From the NCBI GenBank assembly GCA_046076045.1, contig JBJTRI010000119.1, positions 1,014 to 65,013 on the forward strand: DNA of 64,000 nt, given 5' to 3'. The position numbers were made by a program, and so were the translations under genes. This document shows, piece by piece, positions 37,696-51,770 of this stretch. Under the pieces are notes generated by a model that saw only the letters and a program-made list of their open reading frames with translations, was not told the DNA's origin and made no database searches. This DNA comes from a bacterium. GTDB taxonomy: Bacteria; Eisenbacteria; RBG-16-71-46. Within the stretch, counting starts at the first letter, position 1. Each line of letters starts with the position of its first letter.

Positions 37696-39384
37696 ATGCG
37701 CACGATCCTCCGCCGACTCGCCCCGGCCGCCCTGCTCGCGCTGCTCGCCGCACCCGTGCACGCCGCGGCCACCATCACCATCGTGAACATGGACGGCGCG
37801 CTCGAGGGGTTCAACGACCCGACGATCGTCGCGCCCGTCGGGGGCAACCCCGGCACCACGCTGGGCCAGCAGCGCCTGAACGCGTTCCAGCGCGCCGCCG
37901 ACATCTGGGCCACGTACATCGACTCGCCGGTGCCCATCCTCATCCAGGCCGCGTTCAACCCGCTCACCTGCACCGCGACCTCGGCCACGCTCGGCTCCGC
38001 CGGGCCGCGCTTCGCCGAGATCAACCACCCGAACGCCGAGTTCCCCAACTACTGGTACCACGAGGCGTTGGCCAACAAGCAGGCGGGTGTGGACCTCACG
38101 CTCCCCGGTGAGGCCAGCCCGACCGACAACGGCAGCGACATCAACGCGCAGTTCAACTCCAACATCGGCACCACCGGTTGCCTCGAGGGCCGGGGCTGGT
38201 ACTACGGCTACGACGGCAACGAGGGCAACAACATCGACCTCGTCGTGGTGCTGCTGCACGAGTTCGCGCACGGGCTCGGGTTCAGCAACCTCACGAGCGG
38301 TTCGTCGGGCAACTTCTTCAACGGCAGCCCGGCGGTGTTCGACAAGTTCCTCTACGACGAGACCACCGGCCTGCACTGGGACCAGATGGCGCTCGCCTCA
38401 CAGCGCCAGACCTCGGCCATCAACACCAACAACCTCGTGTGGGACGGCATCCACACCTCGGTGGCGGGCAACCAGACGCTCGCGGCGTCCCCCGAGATGG
38501 TGGCGCCCTACGGCACCGTGCTCGGCAACGCCGCCGCCTTCGGGCCGGCGTTCACGAACACCGGTGTGATCGGGCAGGCGGTGCTCGCGGTGGACGCCGT
38601 CGCGCCCACCGGGGACGCGTGCTCGTTGCCGGCCTCGCTCGCGGGTCAGATCGCGGTCGTCGACCGTGGGACCTGCAGCTTCAACATCAAGGTGAAGTTC
38701 GCGCAGGACGCCGGTGCGATCGCGGTCATCCTGGTGAACAACGTCGCCGGCACGTTCTCGCCGGGCGGCACCGACCCGACCATCACCATCCCGACCATCG
38801 CCATCACGCAGGCCGACGGCAACACGCTCAAGGCGGCGATCGCGGCCGGACCGGTCACCGTCACGCTGCGCCGCAGCCCCACCGCGCGCGCCGGCGTGCA
38901 CCCGAGCGGGCGTGTGCGCATGTACGCGCCGAACCCGTTCCAGTCGGGCTCGAGCGTCTCGCACTTCGACGTCTCGCTCACGCCCAACGCGCTCATGGAG
39001 CCGAGCATCAACGCCGACCTCGGTAGCGGGATCGACCTCACGCAGGCGCTGTTCCGCGACATCGGCTGGATCCCCAGCCTGCTCGACGCTCCCGGTCGCA
39101 CGCCGTCGGGCACGGTCGCGCTCGCGAGCCGGCCCAACCCGGCGCGCGGTGGGGCGAGCGTGCGCTTCGAGCTGCCGTCCGAGGAGTCGCTCACGCTCGT
39201 GCTCCACGACGTCGCGGGGCGCGAGGTCCGCACGCTCGCGAACGGGCGGTTCGAGGCCGGAGCGCACGACGTGCGCTGGGACGGGCTCGACGCCGCCGGC
39301 CGCCCGGCCGCGCCGGGGGTCTACATGGCGCGCCTGAAGGGCAGCCGCACGCAGGTCACGCGCGCGATCGTGCTGGTGCAGTAG
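37696..39384 (+). CDS. Secreted zinc metallopeptidase-like protein (HExxH) with PA domain and C-terminal FlgD-Ig/T9SS-type sorting domain
   Basis: Signal peptide; HEFAHGLGF zinc-binding motif (resembling the leishmanolysin/M8-type HExxHxLGF); PA domain (QIAVVDRGTCSFNIKVKFAQDAGAIAVILVNN); C-terminal roughly 80-aa beta-sandwich ending GVYMARLKGSRTQVTRAIVLVQ. GGAGGA SD. Confidence 0.7.
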   Translation: MRTILRRLAPAALLALLAAPVHAAATITIVNMDGALEGFNDPTIVAPVGGNPGTTLGQQRLNAFQRAADIWATYIDSPVPILIQAAFNPLTCTATSATLGSAGPRFAEINHPNAEFPNYWYHEALANKQAGVDLTLPGEASPTDNGSDINAQFNSNIGTTGCLEGRGWYYGYDGNEGNNIDLVVVLLHEFAHGLGFSNLTSGSSGNFFNGSPAVFDKFLYDETTGLHWDQMALASQRQTSAINTNNLVWDGIHTSVAGNQTLAASPEMVAPYGTVLGNAAAFGPAFTNTGVIGQAVLAVDAVAPTGDACSLPASLAGQIAVVDRGTCSFNIKVKFAQDAGAIAVILVNNVAGTFSPGGTDPTITIPTIAITQADGNTLKAAIAAGPVTVTLRRSPTARAGVHPSGRVRMYAPNPFQSGSSVSHFDVSLTPNALMEPSINADLGSGIDLTQALFRDIGWIPSLLDAPGRTPSGTVALASRPNPARGGASVRFELPSEESLTLVLHDVAGREVRTLANGRFEAGAHDVRWDGLDAAGRPAAPGVYMARLKGSRTQVTRAIVLVQ

Positions 39385-39460
39385 TCGCACGCGGCGGAAC
39401 GAACGAGCCCCCGGTGGTCACCCACCGGGGGCTCGTCGCCTTCGGGACCGCGCACCGGCG

Positions 39461-42340
<2,880 letters not shown>

Positions 42341-42717
42341 CGAGGGTTCTCCGGGGGGCGGTCGCGAGCAGGTCCGTGTGGCCACTCGCGAACGGGGCCG
42401 TTCCACGGCGCCGGGTGAGCGACCGCGGGGGACGGGTGTGGACCGGACGCCGGGGGCGCCGGGGTGGACCGGACCGCGACCCGAGCGCGGTCGGGCACGC
42501 ACGGCCCACCGCTCCCCGGGACGCGGGGATACCCCGAGGTCTTCGGCACGCGAGGGGCAGCGCTTGAGCACCGAGGGGTCCTCGTGCATGGTGGGGGCGT
42601 AGGAGGGCCCCCAGACCCGGTCGGACCGGGTCTGGCCCGCCCCTCCGCGCGGTCCCTCCACCCGGGATGGGCCGCCCCGGACCGTCCCGGTCCGTCCCAG
42701 CCCCCCTCGGAGTCCCG

Positions 42718-44013
42718 ATGCCCTTCGCCTCACTGGGTCTGCCCGCCGCCCTGCTGCGCGGCGTCCGCGCCGCCGGTTACCAGACCCCCACCCCGGTCCA
42801 GGCCCGGGCCATCCCGCTCGTGCTCGAGGGGGGAGACGTGGTCGCCGCCGCCCAGACCGGCAGCGGCAAGACCGCCGCCTTCGTGCTGCCCATCCTCGCC
42901 CAGTTGCTCGACCGCCCGCGCGCGCTGCGGGCGCTGGTGCTCGCGCCCACCCGCGAGCTCGCCGCCCAGATCGAGACCGCGGCCCGTGACCTCGCGCGCT
43001 TCACCAAGCTCAAGGTGGGAGTGGTGCACGGTGGCGTGAACATCGGCCCGCACGAGCGCATGCTGCGCGGCGAGGGCGTGGACATGCTGGTCGCCACGCC
43101 GGGCCGCCTGCTCGACCTGTATGGTCGGCAGAGCGTGGTGTTCGACGACATCGAGGTGCTCGTGCTCGACGAGGCCGACCGCATGGTGGACATGGGGTTC
43201 GCGCCCGACCTGAAGCGCATCCTGTCGCTGCTGCCCGACGACCGGCAGACGCTGCTGTTCTCGGCCACCATGCCGCCGGCGCTCAACGACGTGGCCAAGC
43301 AGGCGCTCTACGATCCGGTGCGCGTGGACCTGGCCCCGCAGACGCGGCCCGCGGCCGGCATCACGCAGGCCGTCTACCCCGTGTCGCGACCGCTCAAGAC
43401 CGACCTGCTCGACACCCTGTTGCGGCGCACCCCGACCGACGGCGTCATCGTGTTCGCACGCACCAAGCGCGGTGCCGAGCGACTCGCGCGACAGCTCGAG
43501 AAGCGCGGGCACGCGGTGGCCGCGCTGCACGGGGACCGCTCGCAGTCGCAGCGCGAGCGCGCGCTGCGCGACCTCAAGCGCGGGCGCGTCGAGGTGCTGG
43601 TCGCCACCGACATCGCCTCGCGCGGCATCGACGTCGAGGACCTCACGCACGTCATCAACTACGACGTGCCGGTGACGCCCGAGGACTACGTGCACCGCAT
43701 CGGTCGTACCGGGCGCGCGGATGCCACCGGTGACGCGTTCACGCTCATGTCGCCCGAGGAGGACCGCGACATGAAGGCGATCGAGCGCTTCATCGGTCGC
43801 AGCATCGCGCGCGTCACCCTGCCCGACTTCGACTACCGCAAGGCCCCGACGCCGCAGGGTGGCGAGGACCGCGGTGGGCGCGGGGGGAGCGGTGCGCGCG
43901 AGCACGGCTCGGTGTCGCGTCCGGCCGCCCCGGCAACGCCCGCGGCGCCCTCGGGTCCGGTGCACGGTCGGCGCCCGAAGCGCGAGGCTCCCGGCGGCCG
44001 TCGTCGTCGCTGA
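42718..44013 (+). CDS. DEAD-box ATP-dependent RNA helicase (RhlE-like)
   Basis: Q-motif ([13 protein letters not shown]), [18 protein letters not shown] and HRIGRTGR motifs, plus an Arg/Gly-rich C-terminal tail. Confidence 0.85.
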   Translation: MPFASLGLPAALLRGVRAAGYQTPTPVQARAIPLVLEGGDVVAAAQTGSGKTAAFVLPILAQLLDRPRALRALVLAPTRELAAQIETAARDLARFTKLKVGVVHGGVNIGPHERMLRGEGVDMLVATPGRLLDLYGRQSVVFDDIEVLVLDEADRMVDMGFAPDLKRILSLLPDDRQTLLFSATMPPALNDVAKQALYDPVRVDLAPQTRPAAGITQAVYPVSRPLKTDLLDTLLRRTPTDGVIVFARTKRGAERLARQLEKRGHAVAALHGDRSQSQRERALRDLKRGRVEVLVATDIASRGIDVEDLTHVINYDVPVTPEDYVHRIGRTGRADATGDAFTLMSPEEDRDMKAIERFIGRSIARVTLPDFDYRKAPTPQGGEDRGGRGGSGAREHGSVSRPAAPATPAAPSGPVHGRRPKREAPGGRRRR

Positions 44014-44025
44014 CGACGGTCGCCG

Positions 44026-45375
44026 CTAGTCGCGACCGCCCGGGAAGCGCATGCCCCGCAGCTCGCGGTAGAGCCGCACCGCGTAGGGGTCGGTCATGCC
44101 CGCGATGTGGTCGGTGATGCGCACGAGCTGCTCGTAGCGCGTGCCGCCGTCGGCGATCACCGCCGAGCGCAGTTGGCGCTGGTGGTCGCCGCGCAGCGAG
44201 CCCGGGGTGAGCAGCGCGGTGACGAAGCAGTCGAGCAGGCCCTGGATGGCTTCCGCGCCCGCCAGCTCCATCTTGAGCACGTCGCGCGCCTCGTAGCACT
44301 GCGCGGCGCACACCCGCTCGACCTCGCGCAACTCGCCGGCGTGCGGGATGTGGCGGCGCAACTCCTCGTCGAACGTGCCCGCGAGGATGCCGTCCATGTG
44401 GGCGATGAACGCGTCGGCCAGCTCGTGCACGAGCGTGTCGATCGCGCGCGCGCGCAACCAGTCCGCGCGGTCGAGCCGGTCGTTGCGCGCGGTGAGCGGC
44501 TCGTGGGCCTCGGCCGACGAGCCGCTCGGACCGGCGAGCGGGCGCACGAGGCGCAGGTACTCGTCCTCGCTCACGTGACGCAGGCGGAAGCCGTCCTCGA
44601 GGTCGAGCAGCAGGTAGGCGACGTCGTCGGCGGCCTCGGTGAGGAACGCGAGCGGATGCCGCGGCCAGTGGTCCACGCCCGCGGTGCGGCGCTCGAGCCC
44701 GAGCGCCTCGGCGGTGCGCTCCCAGGCGGCGAGTTCGTGCGCCATGATGCCGTGCTTCTTGGCGCTTCGGCCGCGGTCGCGCTGCCCGCCGACCTCGGCG
44801 GTGCACGGGTACTTCATGAAGGCACCGAGGGTGGCGTGCGTGAGCCCGAGTCCGCCGCGGCGCGGCGGTTCGAGGCGCGTGAGGATGCGGAACGCCTGCG
44901 CGTTGCCCTCGAAGCGCAGCAGGTCGGCGCGCTCGCGCGCGTCGAGCCCGTCGAGCAGGCCGGCCGGGGCGTGCCGCTCGAAGTACTCCTGGATGGCGCG
45001 CTCGCCGACGTGCCCGAACGGCGGGTTGCCGAGGTCGTGGGCCAGACAGGCGGCCGCGACGCAGTCGCCCACGTCGCGCGGGTCGCGGCCGGTGGGCAGG
45101 GCCACGCCGTGCTCGACCAGTCGGTGGCCGACCAGCGTGCCGAGCGAGCGCCCGATCGTGGCGACCTCGAGGCTGTGCGTGAGTCGCGAGTGGACGTGGT
45201 CGTCCTGCGGCATGGGGAACACCTGCGTCTTGTCGGCGAGCCGGCGGAACGGGCCCGAGAACAGGATGCGGTCATGGTCGCGCTGGAACGGCGAGCGGCC
45301 CATGGACTCCGCACCGGTCGTGGGACCGGAGCGGGTGGCCGGCAGCAGGTGACGCCATTGGAGGGGGACGGGCAT
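44026..45375 (-). CDS. dgt: dGTP triphosphohydrolase-like HD-domain protein
   Basis: SPFQRDHDRILFSGPFRRLADKTQV N-terminal motif and HSLEVA...HDLGNPPFGH HD motif. 450 aa. Confidence 0.75.
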   Translation of the reverse strand: MPVPLQWRHLLPATRSGPTTGAESMGRSPFQRDHDRILFSGPFRRLADKTQVFPMPQDDHVHSRLTHSLEVATIGRSLGTLVGHRLVEHGVALPTGRDPRDVGDCVAAACLAHDLGNPPFGHVGERAIQEYFERHAPAGLLDGLDARERADLLRFEGNAQAFRILTRLEPPRRGGLGLTHATLGAFMKYPCTAEVGGQRDRGRSAKKHGIMAHELAAWERTAEALGLERRTAGVDHWPRHPLAFLTEAADDVAYLLLDLEDGFRLRHVSEDEYLRLVRPLAGPSGSSAEAHEPLTARNDRLDRADWLRARAIDTLVHELADAFIAHMDGILAGTFDEELRRHIPHAGELREVERVCAAQCYEARDVLKMELAGAEAIQGLLDCFVTALLTPGSLRGDHQRQLRSAVIADGGTRYEQLVRITDHIAGMTDPYAVRLYRELRGMRFPGGRD

Positions 45376-45534
45376 GGGTACTCCCAAGGTCTACTCGCGG
45401 AACGAGTTGCAGGTGCGGGGTTTGCCGCCCGTGCGGCGCGGGACTAGACTCGCCGGAACGCACATCGTCGATCCTCGGCGGTCCCCCACGGGGGAGCCGC
45501 CGCACACCATAGTGGAAGACCGACCGGAGAATCC

Positions 45535-47337
45535 ATGAGCGCCAATCCGAAGCTCCAGGCCTGGGTCGAGGACCTGCGGGCCATGTGTGGCCCCGAACGG
45601 GTCGTGTGGTGCGACGGCTCGCCCGCCGAGTACCGCGAGATGCTGCGCCTGTTGGTGCAGGCGGGCACCGCCATCCCGCTCGATCCCGAGAAGCGCCCCG
45701 GCAGCGTGTTCGTGCGCTCCGACCCTGCCGACGTGGCACGGGTCGAGGAGTTCACGTTCATCTGCTCGGAGAACGAGGACGACGCCGGTCCCACGAACCA
45801 CTGGCGGGACCCGGCCGAGACCAAGCGCATGCTGACCGGGTTGTTCACCGGGGCCATGCAGGGCCGCACCATGTACGTGATCCCTTACAGCATGGGGCCC
45901 ATCGGCTCGGGGATCTCGCGCATCGGCGTCGAGATCACCGACTCGCCCTACGTGGTCGCGAGCATGCACATCATGGCGCGCGTGGGCACGCCGGTGCTCG
46001 AGGCGCTCGGTGCCAGCGAGGACTTCGTGCGCGGGCTGCACTCGGTCGGCGCCCCGCTGGCCTCGCCGACCGCGCCGGACTCGCCGTGGCCGTGCAACGC
46101 CACCACCAAGTACATCACGCACTTCCCCGAGACTCGCGAGATCTGGTCGTACGGTTCGGGCTACGGCGGCAACGCGCTGCTCGGCAAGAAGTGCCACGCG
46201 CTTCGCATCGCCTCGGTGCAGGCGCGCGACGAGGGCTGGCTGGCCGAGCACATGCTCGTGCTCAAGCTCACCGACCCGAAGGGCGTCGTCACCTACGTGG
46301 CGGCCGCGTTCCCGTCGGCGTGCGGCAAGACCAACCTCGCCATGCTGACGCCGACCATCCCCGGCTGGAAGGTCGAGACGATCGGCGACGACATCGCGTG
46401 GATGAAGTTCGGGGCCGACGGCCGCCTGTACGCCATCAACCCCGAGGCGGGGTTCTTCGGTGTGGCGCCCGGCACCAGCATGAAGTCGAACCCCAACGCG
46501 ATGCGCACCATCACGCGCGACACCCTGTTCACGAACTGCGCGCTCACGCCCGACGGTGACGTGTGGTGGGAGGAGATGGGCCCGCCCCCGGCGCACCTCA
46601 CGGACTGGCTGCGCCGACCGTGGACGCCGCAGAGCGGTCGCAAGGCGGCGCACCCGAACGCGCGCTTCTGCGTGCCGGCACGGCAGTGCCCGGTCGTCGC
46701 GCCCGAGTGGGAGGACCCGAAGGGCGTGCCGATCTCGGCGATCCTGTTCGGTGGCCGCCGCGCCACCACGGTGCCGCTCGTGAACGAGGCGCTGTCGTGG
46801 CAGCACGGGACGTTCCTGGGTTCCATCATGAGCAGCGAGACCACGGCGGCCGCGGCCGGCGCGGTCGGCGCGCTGCGTCACGACCCCATGGCGATGCTGC
46901 CGTTCTGCGGCTACCACATGGGTGACTACTTCGCGCACTGGCTCAAGCTGGGGGCGACCGCCGATGCCCTCAAGCTGCCGCGCATCTTCTACGTGAACTG
47001 GTTCCGCAAGGACGCCGAGGGCCGCTTCCTGTGGCCGGGCTACGGCGAGAACAGTCGCGTGCTCAAGTGGGTCGTCGAGCGCGTGCAGGGCACGGCGAAG
47101 GCGGTGGACACGCCGATCGGGCGTCTGCCCGCCGCGGGTGCGCTCGACCTCTCGGGGCTCGACGTGAGCCCGGCGGCGCTCGAGGAGCTGATGCGCGTGG
47201 ACGTCGAGGGTTGGCTCAGCGAGGTGCCGTCCATGCGGGCGCACTTCGACAAGTTCGGCGCCAAGCTGCCGCAGGGGCTGCGCGACGAGCTCGAGGCCCT
47301 GGAGTCGCGCCTGCTCTCGGCCAACGTCGCACGCTGA
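45535..47337 (+). CDS. pckG: Phosphoenolpyruvate carboxykinase (GTP)
   Basis: 600 aa with PEPCK-GTP signatures (FPSACGKTN kinase-1a; [11 protein letters not shown]; the FGGRRA GTP-binding loop). Confidence 0.9.
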   Translation: MSANPKLQAWVEDLRAMCGPERVVWCDGSPAEYREMLRLLVQAGTAIPLDPEKRPGSVFVRSDPADVARVEEFTFICSENEDDAGPTNHWRDPAETKRMLTGLFTGAMQGRTMYVIPYSMGPIGSGISRIGVEITDSPYVVASMHIMARVGTPVLEALGASEDFVRGLHSVGAPLASPTAPDSPWPCNATTKYITHFPETREIWSYGSGYGGNALLGKKCHALRIASVQARDEGWLAEHMLVLKLTDPKGVVTYVAAAFPSACGKTNLAMLTPTIPGWKVETIGDDIAWMKFGADGRLYAINPEAGFFGVAPGTSMKSNPNAMRTITRDTLFTNCALTPDGDVWWEEMGPPPAHLTDWLRRPWTPQSGRKAAHPNARFCVPARQCPVVAPEWEDPKGVPISAILFGGRRATTVPLVNEALSWQHGTFLGSIMSSETTAAAAGAVGALRHDPMAMLPFCGYHMGDYFAHWLKLGATADALKLPRIFYVNWFRKDAEGRFLWPGYGENSRVLKWVVERVQGTAKAVDTPIGRLPAAGALDLSGLDVSPAALEELMRVDVEGWLSEVPSMRAHFDKFGAKLPQGLRDELEALESRLLSANVAR

Positions 47338-47409
47338 TCCGCATCACCCGGAACACCGACGGCGGGGCTCGCAAGGAGTCCCGCCGTCCGGTCGTTCCGG
47401 GGCACGTGC

Positions 47410-48672
47410 TCAGGGGATCGCGGCGGTGAGCACCTCGGGTGCCCCGGTGGTGACGAGCACGTCGTCCTCGATGCGGATGCCACCGAAGCCGAGCAGCGCG
47501 TCCACGCGGTCCCAGCGCACCGCGTCGCGGTGCCGCTGGCGCAGTTCGGCATCCTGCAGCAGCGCCGGGATGAAGTAGATGCCCGGCTCGACCGTCATCA
47601 CGTAGCCGGGCTCGAGCGGCAGGTCGGTGCGCAGCATGCCGAGCCCCGGGCGCGTGCTGCGCGTGCGCCCGGGCAGGTAGCCGCTCGCGTCGCGCACGCC
47701 GAGCCCCACCATGTGGCCGAGCCCGTGCGGGAAGAAGAGCGCGTGCGTGTCGCGCTCCACGAGCGAGTCGGGTGAGCCCGTGAGGATCCCGAGCTCGACG
47801 AGGCCCTCGGCGATGGTGCGTGCGGCGCCCATGTGCAGGTCGCGCCACTCGGCGCCCGGGACGCAGCCGGCGATGGCCTCGCGTTCGGCACGCAGCACGA
47901 GGGCGTGCAGGTCGCGGAAGAACGCGTCGTCGCCCCCGCCGGGCAGGCGGTAGGTGCGCGTGACGTCGGCGGTGTAGCGCGCCACCTCGGCGCCCGCGTC
48001 CACCAGCACCACGTCGCCCGGCTCGGCGCGGCGATCGCCGGGTGTGAAGTGCAGCACGCCCGCGTCGCTGCCCACGCCCACGATGGAGCCGTAGCCGGTG
48101 CGGTCGGCGCCGGCGCGGAAGAACGCCGACTCCAACTCGACCTGCAGTTCGCGCTCGCTCACCCCCGGGCGCAGCGCCTGCACGAGCGCCTTGAAGCCGG
48201 TGGCCGTCGCCTCGCAGGCGCGGCGCAACAGCGCCAGTTCGGCCTCGTCCTTGGGACGGCGTGCGTGCAGCAGGCGCTCGCGGAGTGCGGCCGTGAGGTC
48301 GGGGTCCGCGGTCACGCCGCCCACCGCGCAGCCCAGCATGGCGATCGGGCGTCCGCGACGCGCGGCGAGCCAGCCCTCGAGTTCGGGGCGCGGCGTGCCG
48401 CGGGACTCGGTGCGCCCTTCCCAGACGCGCTCGGCCTGCGTCACCGGCGGCACGAAGTCGGTCCAGCCCGCGCGCGGGTCGAACGCCAGCACGCTCTCGG
48501 GCGTCTCGTGGCCCGCGAGCCACAGGTACTCGCTGTGCGCGAGGAACGGGTAGGTCTGGTCGGCGCCCCCGGGGACGGGGACGGGGGAGCCCGCGCCCAC
48601 GAGCACGATGGCGTCGCTCTGGGCCCAGGCCGCAGCGGCGCGTTCGCGCCGTGGGGCGAAGGGGTCGGTCAT
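47410..48672 (-). CDS. Xaa-Pro aminopeptidase (M24B family)
   Basis: N-terminal creatinase/prolidase domain plus pita-bread fold with metal ligands (HGLGHMVGLGVRD, VMTVEPGIY). 420 aa. Confidence 0.8.
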   Translation of the reverse strand: MTDPFAPRRERAAAAWAQSDAIVLVGAGSPVPVPGGADQTYPFLAHSEYLWLAGHETPESVLAFDPRAGWTDFVPPVTQAERVWEGRTESRGTPRPELEGWLAARRGRPIAMLGCAVGGVTADPDLTAALRERLLHARRPKDEAELALLRRACEATATGFKALVQALRPGVSERELQVELESAFFRAGADRTGYGSIVGVGSDAGVLHFTPGDRRAEPGDVVLVDAGAEVARYTADVTRTYRLPGGGDDAFFRDLHALVLRAEREAIAGCVPGAEWRDLHMGAARTIAEGLVELGILTGSPDSLVERDTHALFFPHGLGHMVGLGVRDASGYLPGRTRSTRPGLGMLRTDLPLEPGYVMTVEPGIYFIPALLQDAELRQRHRDAVRWDRVDALLGFGGIRIEDDVLVTTGAPEVLTAAIP

Positions 48673-48715
48673 GCCGGCACTCTAGCATCGGGGCGCGGGG
48701 GCGCGCCCGGACCCT

Positions 48716-49348
48716 TCACCAGCGCCAGCGCACCTCGGAAGCGCCGCGGCGCGGGACCTCGACGGTGCGGGTGAGGACGCGCCCCCCGGGCCGCCACGCG
48801 CGCAGCGCGTAGCGCCCGGCGGGCAGTTCGGGCAGGCGCCAGCGCCCGGTGCTGTCGGCGATCGCGTAGGCGCGCGACGGCGTCACCACCCACCACGACG
48901 ACTCGTCCGCGTGCAGGTCGCAGCGCAGCTGCACCCGACCCGCGTGGGTCGCACGCAGCGTGTCGAGCGCGCCCGGCGGGCGCTTGCCACGGTCGAGCAT
49001 GTGGCCCGCGGTCATGCTGAAGACGCCGTGCCAGAGCCGGTCCTCGTTCGCGATCACGACCTCGCTCCCCACGGGCGTGACCTGCAGGGCGGGGCGGAAG
49101 CGACCGCCGCGGATCGTGATGCGGGGCAGCGGGGGCTCGGGTGGGCGGCGTTGCCAGAACCAGCGTCGCGGCCCGCGTTCGAGCCGCGCGGCGACCGCGG
49201 TCGGGAGCGAGTCCACCCACACCACGCCGGGGGCGCGCCGCCCCGGGCCCGGGCCCTCGATCACGCCCGCCTGCGCGGGCACCGCCAGACTCGCGAGCAG
49301 CCCCACGCCCGTCAGGGCGTTCCGGACCCACCGCGTTCGGGACGTCAT
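48716..49348 (-). CDS. Hypothetical secreted protein
   Basis: Signal peptide ([11 protein letters not shown]). 210 aa, Arg/Trp-rich, no recognised domain. Its start overlaps the upstream VOC gene stop (ATGA). Confidence 0.45.
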   Translation of the reverse strand: MTSRTRWVRNALTGVGLLASLAVPAQAGVIEGPGPGRRAPGVVWVDSLPTAVAARLERGPRRWFWQRRPPEPPLPRITIRGGRFRPALQVTPVGSEVVIANEDRLWHGVFSMTAGHMLDRGKRPPGALDTLRATHAGRVQLRCDLHADESSWWVVTPSRAYAIADSTGRWRLPELPAGRYALRAWRPGGRVLTRTVEVPRRGASEVRWRW

Positions 49349-49740
49349 GCCGGGCGCGCGACCTCGCTCTGGAGCGCGAGCACGTTGTCCTCGGGGTCGC
49401 GCAGGAACGCCATCCACAGGTCGGCATGCGGCATGCGAGCCACGAATGCGGGGTCGCGCTCGAACACCGCGCCGCGCGCGCGCAGTTCGGCGTGTGCGGC
49501 GGCGAGGTCGGCGACGTCGAGGTACAGGATGGAGGACGGATGGTCGAAGCGCGGCTCGCTCGGACGCGTGATCATGAGCCGCACGCCGGCGAGGTCGAGG
49601 AACGACAGGTCGGGCCCGGCCGTGAACAGGAGCGGGAGTCCGAGTACGTCGCGGTACCACACGGTCGCGCGCGCGACGTCGTGGGCGCGCACCGCGATCT
49701 GGGCGAGTCGGCGAACGGGGGTGGGCATGACGACCTCCAC
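49345..49740 (-). CDS. VOC (glyoxalase/bleomycin-resistance/dioxygenase) family protein
   Basis: 131 aa with a paired beta-alpha-beta-beta-beta pattern and conserved motifs ([21 protein letters not shown]...FLRDPEDN). Confidence 0.65.
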   Translation of the reverse strand: MEVVMPTPVRRLAQIAVRAHDVARATVWYRDVLGLPLLFTAGPDLSFLDLAGVRLMITRPSEPRFDHPSSILYLDVADLAAAHAELRARGAVFERDPAFVARMPHADLWMAFLRDPEDNVLALQSEVARPA

Positions 49741-49839
49741 GGTGGAGCGCGAGCATACACGCGCGCCGGTGCGTCACGTGCATCCCGGCGCGGATGGCGT
49801 AATATCCGCGGACCGTCACCACTTCCGAAGGAGAACCCC

Positions 49840-50394
49840 ATGCCCGCAGCCATGACCGAGGTCGCGACCCTCGCCGGCGGATGCTTCTGGTGCCTCGAGG
49901 CCGTGTTCGAGCGCCTGCAGGGCGTCGAGCGCGTGGTCTCGGGCTACTCGGGGGGCGGCACCGACGCGCCGAGCTATCGCGAGGTGTGCAGCGGACGCAC
50001 CGGTCACGCCGAGGTGGTACAGGTCACGTTCGACCCCGCGGTGCTGTCGTATCGCGACGTGCTGGGGTTCTTCTTCGCGTTCCACGACCCCACGACGCTC
50101 GATCGACAGGGGGCGGACGTGGGCACGCAGTACCGCTCGGCCATCTTCCACCACTCGCCCGAGCAGGAGCGCGTGGCGCGCGAGGTGATCGCCGAGCTCG
50201 AGTCGTCCGCCGTGTTCCGCGCGCGCATCGTCACCACGGTGGGACCGTTCGACCGGTTCTTCCCCGCCGAGGCGGAGCATCAGGGTTACTACTCGCGCAA
50301 CGCCGCGCAGCCCTACTGTCGCGCGGTCATCGCGCCCAAGGTCGCCAAGCTGCGTGCGCAGTTCGCCCGCCGGCTGCGGCCCGAGCGCGCCTGA
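49840..50394 (+). CDS. msrA: Peptide-methionine (S)-S-oxide reductase
   Basis: GCFWC active-site motif. AAGGAGA SD 8 nt upstream. 184 aa. Confidence 0.85.
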   Translation: MPAAMTEVATLAGGCFWCLEAVFERLQGVERVVSGYSGGGTDAPSYREVCSGRTGHAEVVQVTFDPAVLSYRDVLGFFFAFHDPTTLDRQGADVGTQYRSAIFHHSPEQERVAREVIAELESSAVFRARIVTTVGPFDRFFPAEAEHQGYYSRNAAQPYCRAVIAPKVAKLRAQFARRLRPERA

Positions 50395-50404
50395 GCGGCG
50401 CCGC

Positions 50405-51349
50405 GTGATCGTCCCGACCGCACCCGGACGCGACCTGCGGCGCTTCGCGTTGCTCTCGGTGGCCGCTGCGGTGGCCACCATCGCACTCAAGACGCTGGCC
50501 TGGGTGTTCACCGGTTCGGTGGGCCTGCTCTCGGACGCGGTCGAGTCGTTGGTCAACCTCGCCGGTGCCATGCTGGCGCTCGCCATGTTGGCGGTGGCCG
50601 CACGCCCCGAGGACGAGGCGCACCCCTACGGTCACGACAAGGCCGAGTACTTCTCGAGCGCGGTCGAGGGCGTGCTCATCCTGCTCGCGGGGCTTGCGAT
50701 CGCGGTGACCGCGGTCCGACGTCTGTGGGCGCCGCGCGAGCTCGAGCAGGTCGGGCTCGGACTCGTGCTGTCGGTGGGGGCCTCGGTCGTGAACCTCGTG
50801 GTCGCGCTCGTGCTGCTGCGCGCCGCGCGCCGTCACCACTCGGTCTCGCTCGAGGCCAACGCACACCACCTGCTCACCGACGTCTGGACCTCGGTCGGCG
50901 TGTTGGCCGGGGTGTGCGCGGTCCTGCTCACGGGCTGGCGCTGGCTCGACCCGGTCGCGGCCCTCGTGGTGGCGCTCATGATCGTGCGCACGGCCGTGGA
51001 CATCATGCGGCGTTCCGTGCACGGGCTCATGGACACGGCGCTCTCGAGCGAGGACCAGGAGCGCCTGCGCCGCGCGCTCGAACCGCACCTCGTCGCGCCG
51101 GTGCAGGTGCACGCGCTGCGGTCGCGACAGGCCGGGGCGCGGCGGTTCGTGTCGATGCACGTGCTCGTGCCCGGGGACTGGACCGTGCACCGCGGGCACG
51201 CGCTGCTCGAGGCGATCGAGGCCGACATCCGGGTCGCGATCCCCAATGCGGCCGTGCTCACGCACCTCGAGTCGCTCGACGACCCGGCATCGTGGGACGA
51301 CGTCACGCTGGACCGTCCGGCGCCGCGGCGCGACGAGGTGGAGCGCTAG
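50405..51349 (+). CDS. Cation diffusion facilitator (CDF) family divalent-metal efflux transporter
   Basis: Six TM helices with metal-site motifs (LLSDAVESLVN, HLLTDV) and a C-terminal cytoplasmic domain. Start is a GTG chosen to avoid overlap with msrA; an ATG at 50354 is the alternative. Confidence 0.75.
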   Translation: MIVPTAPGRDLRRFALLSVAAAVATIALKTLAWVFTGSVGLLSDAVESLVNLAGAMLALAMLAVAARPEDEAHPYGHDKAEYFSSAVEGVLILLAGLAIAVTAVRRLWAPRELEQVGLGLVLSVGASVVNLVVALVLLRAARRHHSVSLEANAHHLLTDVWTSVGVLAGVCAVLLTGWRWLDPVAALVVALMIVRTAVDIMRRSVHGLMDTALSSEDQERLRRALEPHLVAPVQVHALRSRQAGARRFVSMHVLVPGDWTVHRGHALLEAIEADIRVAIPNAAVLTHLESLDDPASWDDVTLDRPAPRRDEVER

Positions 51350-51710
51350 CCCAACGAGGACGCGGCCAGCTGGGCGACGGCGAATGTCGAGAGCCGCGGC
51401 TGAGGGTGAGGGGGCTTGCCGCTGGGCCGGCCCGACCGCATCGCGATGGGTTGCGAGCGTGCTCCGCGTGACGATCCCTAGCGGGGTGTCCGTCGAGGCC
51501 CAGGGCCGCGCGTCCCCGCCCTGAAGTCCCGGACCGACCAGCCCAGAGGTTGCACGCCTCAGGGCTCCGCACCCCGGGGGCGATGTGGCTCGGACCGCGG
51601 GGCGGTGCTCGGGCGCCGAACCGTTCGCGCCTGATGCTCGCGGATTCGTGCGGACCCCTGAACCCTGCGCACCGCAGGATGGAGGTGCCTGCGCCCGCCA
51701 CCGCGACCCC

Positions 51711-51751
51711 ATGAAACGCGAAACCCGGCGCCGAGGGGACTCGGCGCCGGG
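51711..51751 (-). terminator. Rho-independent terminator-like hairpin for the minus-strand gene 51771..52451
   Basis: 12-bp perfect GC-rich stem (CCCGGCGCCGAG/CTCGGCGCCGGG) with a 4-nt loop, followed on the minus strand by TTTCGCGTTTC, 20 nt after the stop. Confidence 0.45.
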
Positions 51752-51770
51752 TTCGTGGTGAGGCTTGATA

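Noticed and set aside
47358-47388. GC-rich hairpin between convergent pckG and the M24 peptidase gene as an intrinsic terminator
   Set aside because: The stem is good (13 bp with one G-U wobble) but there is no U-tract on either strand. It may act as a bidirectional terminator in this high-GC organism, but the evidence is too weak to list as a feature.
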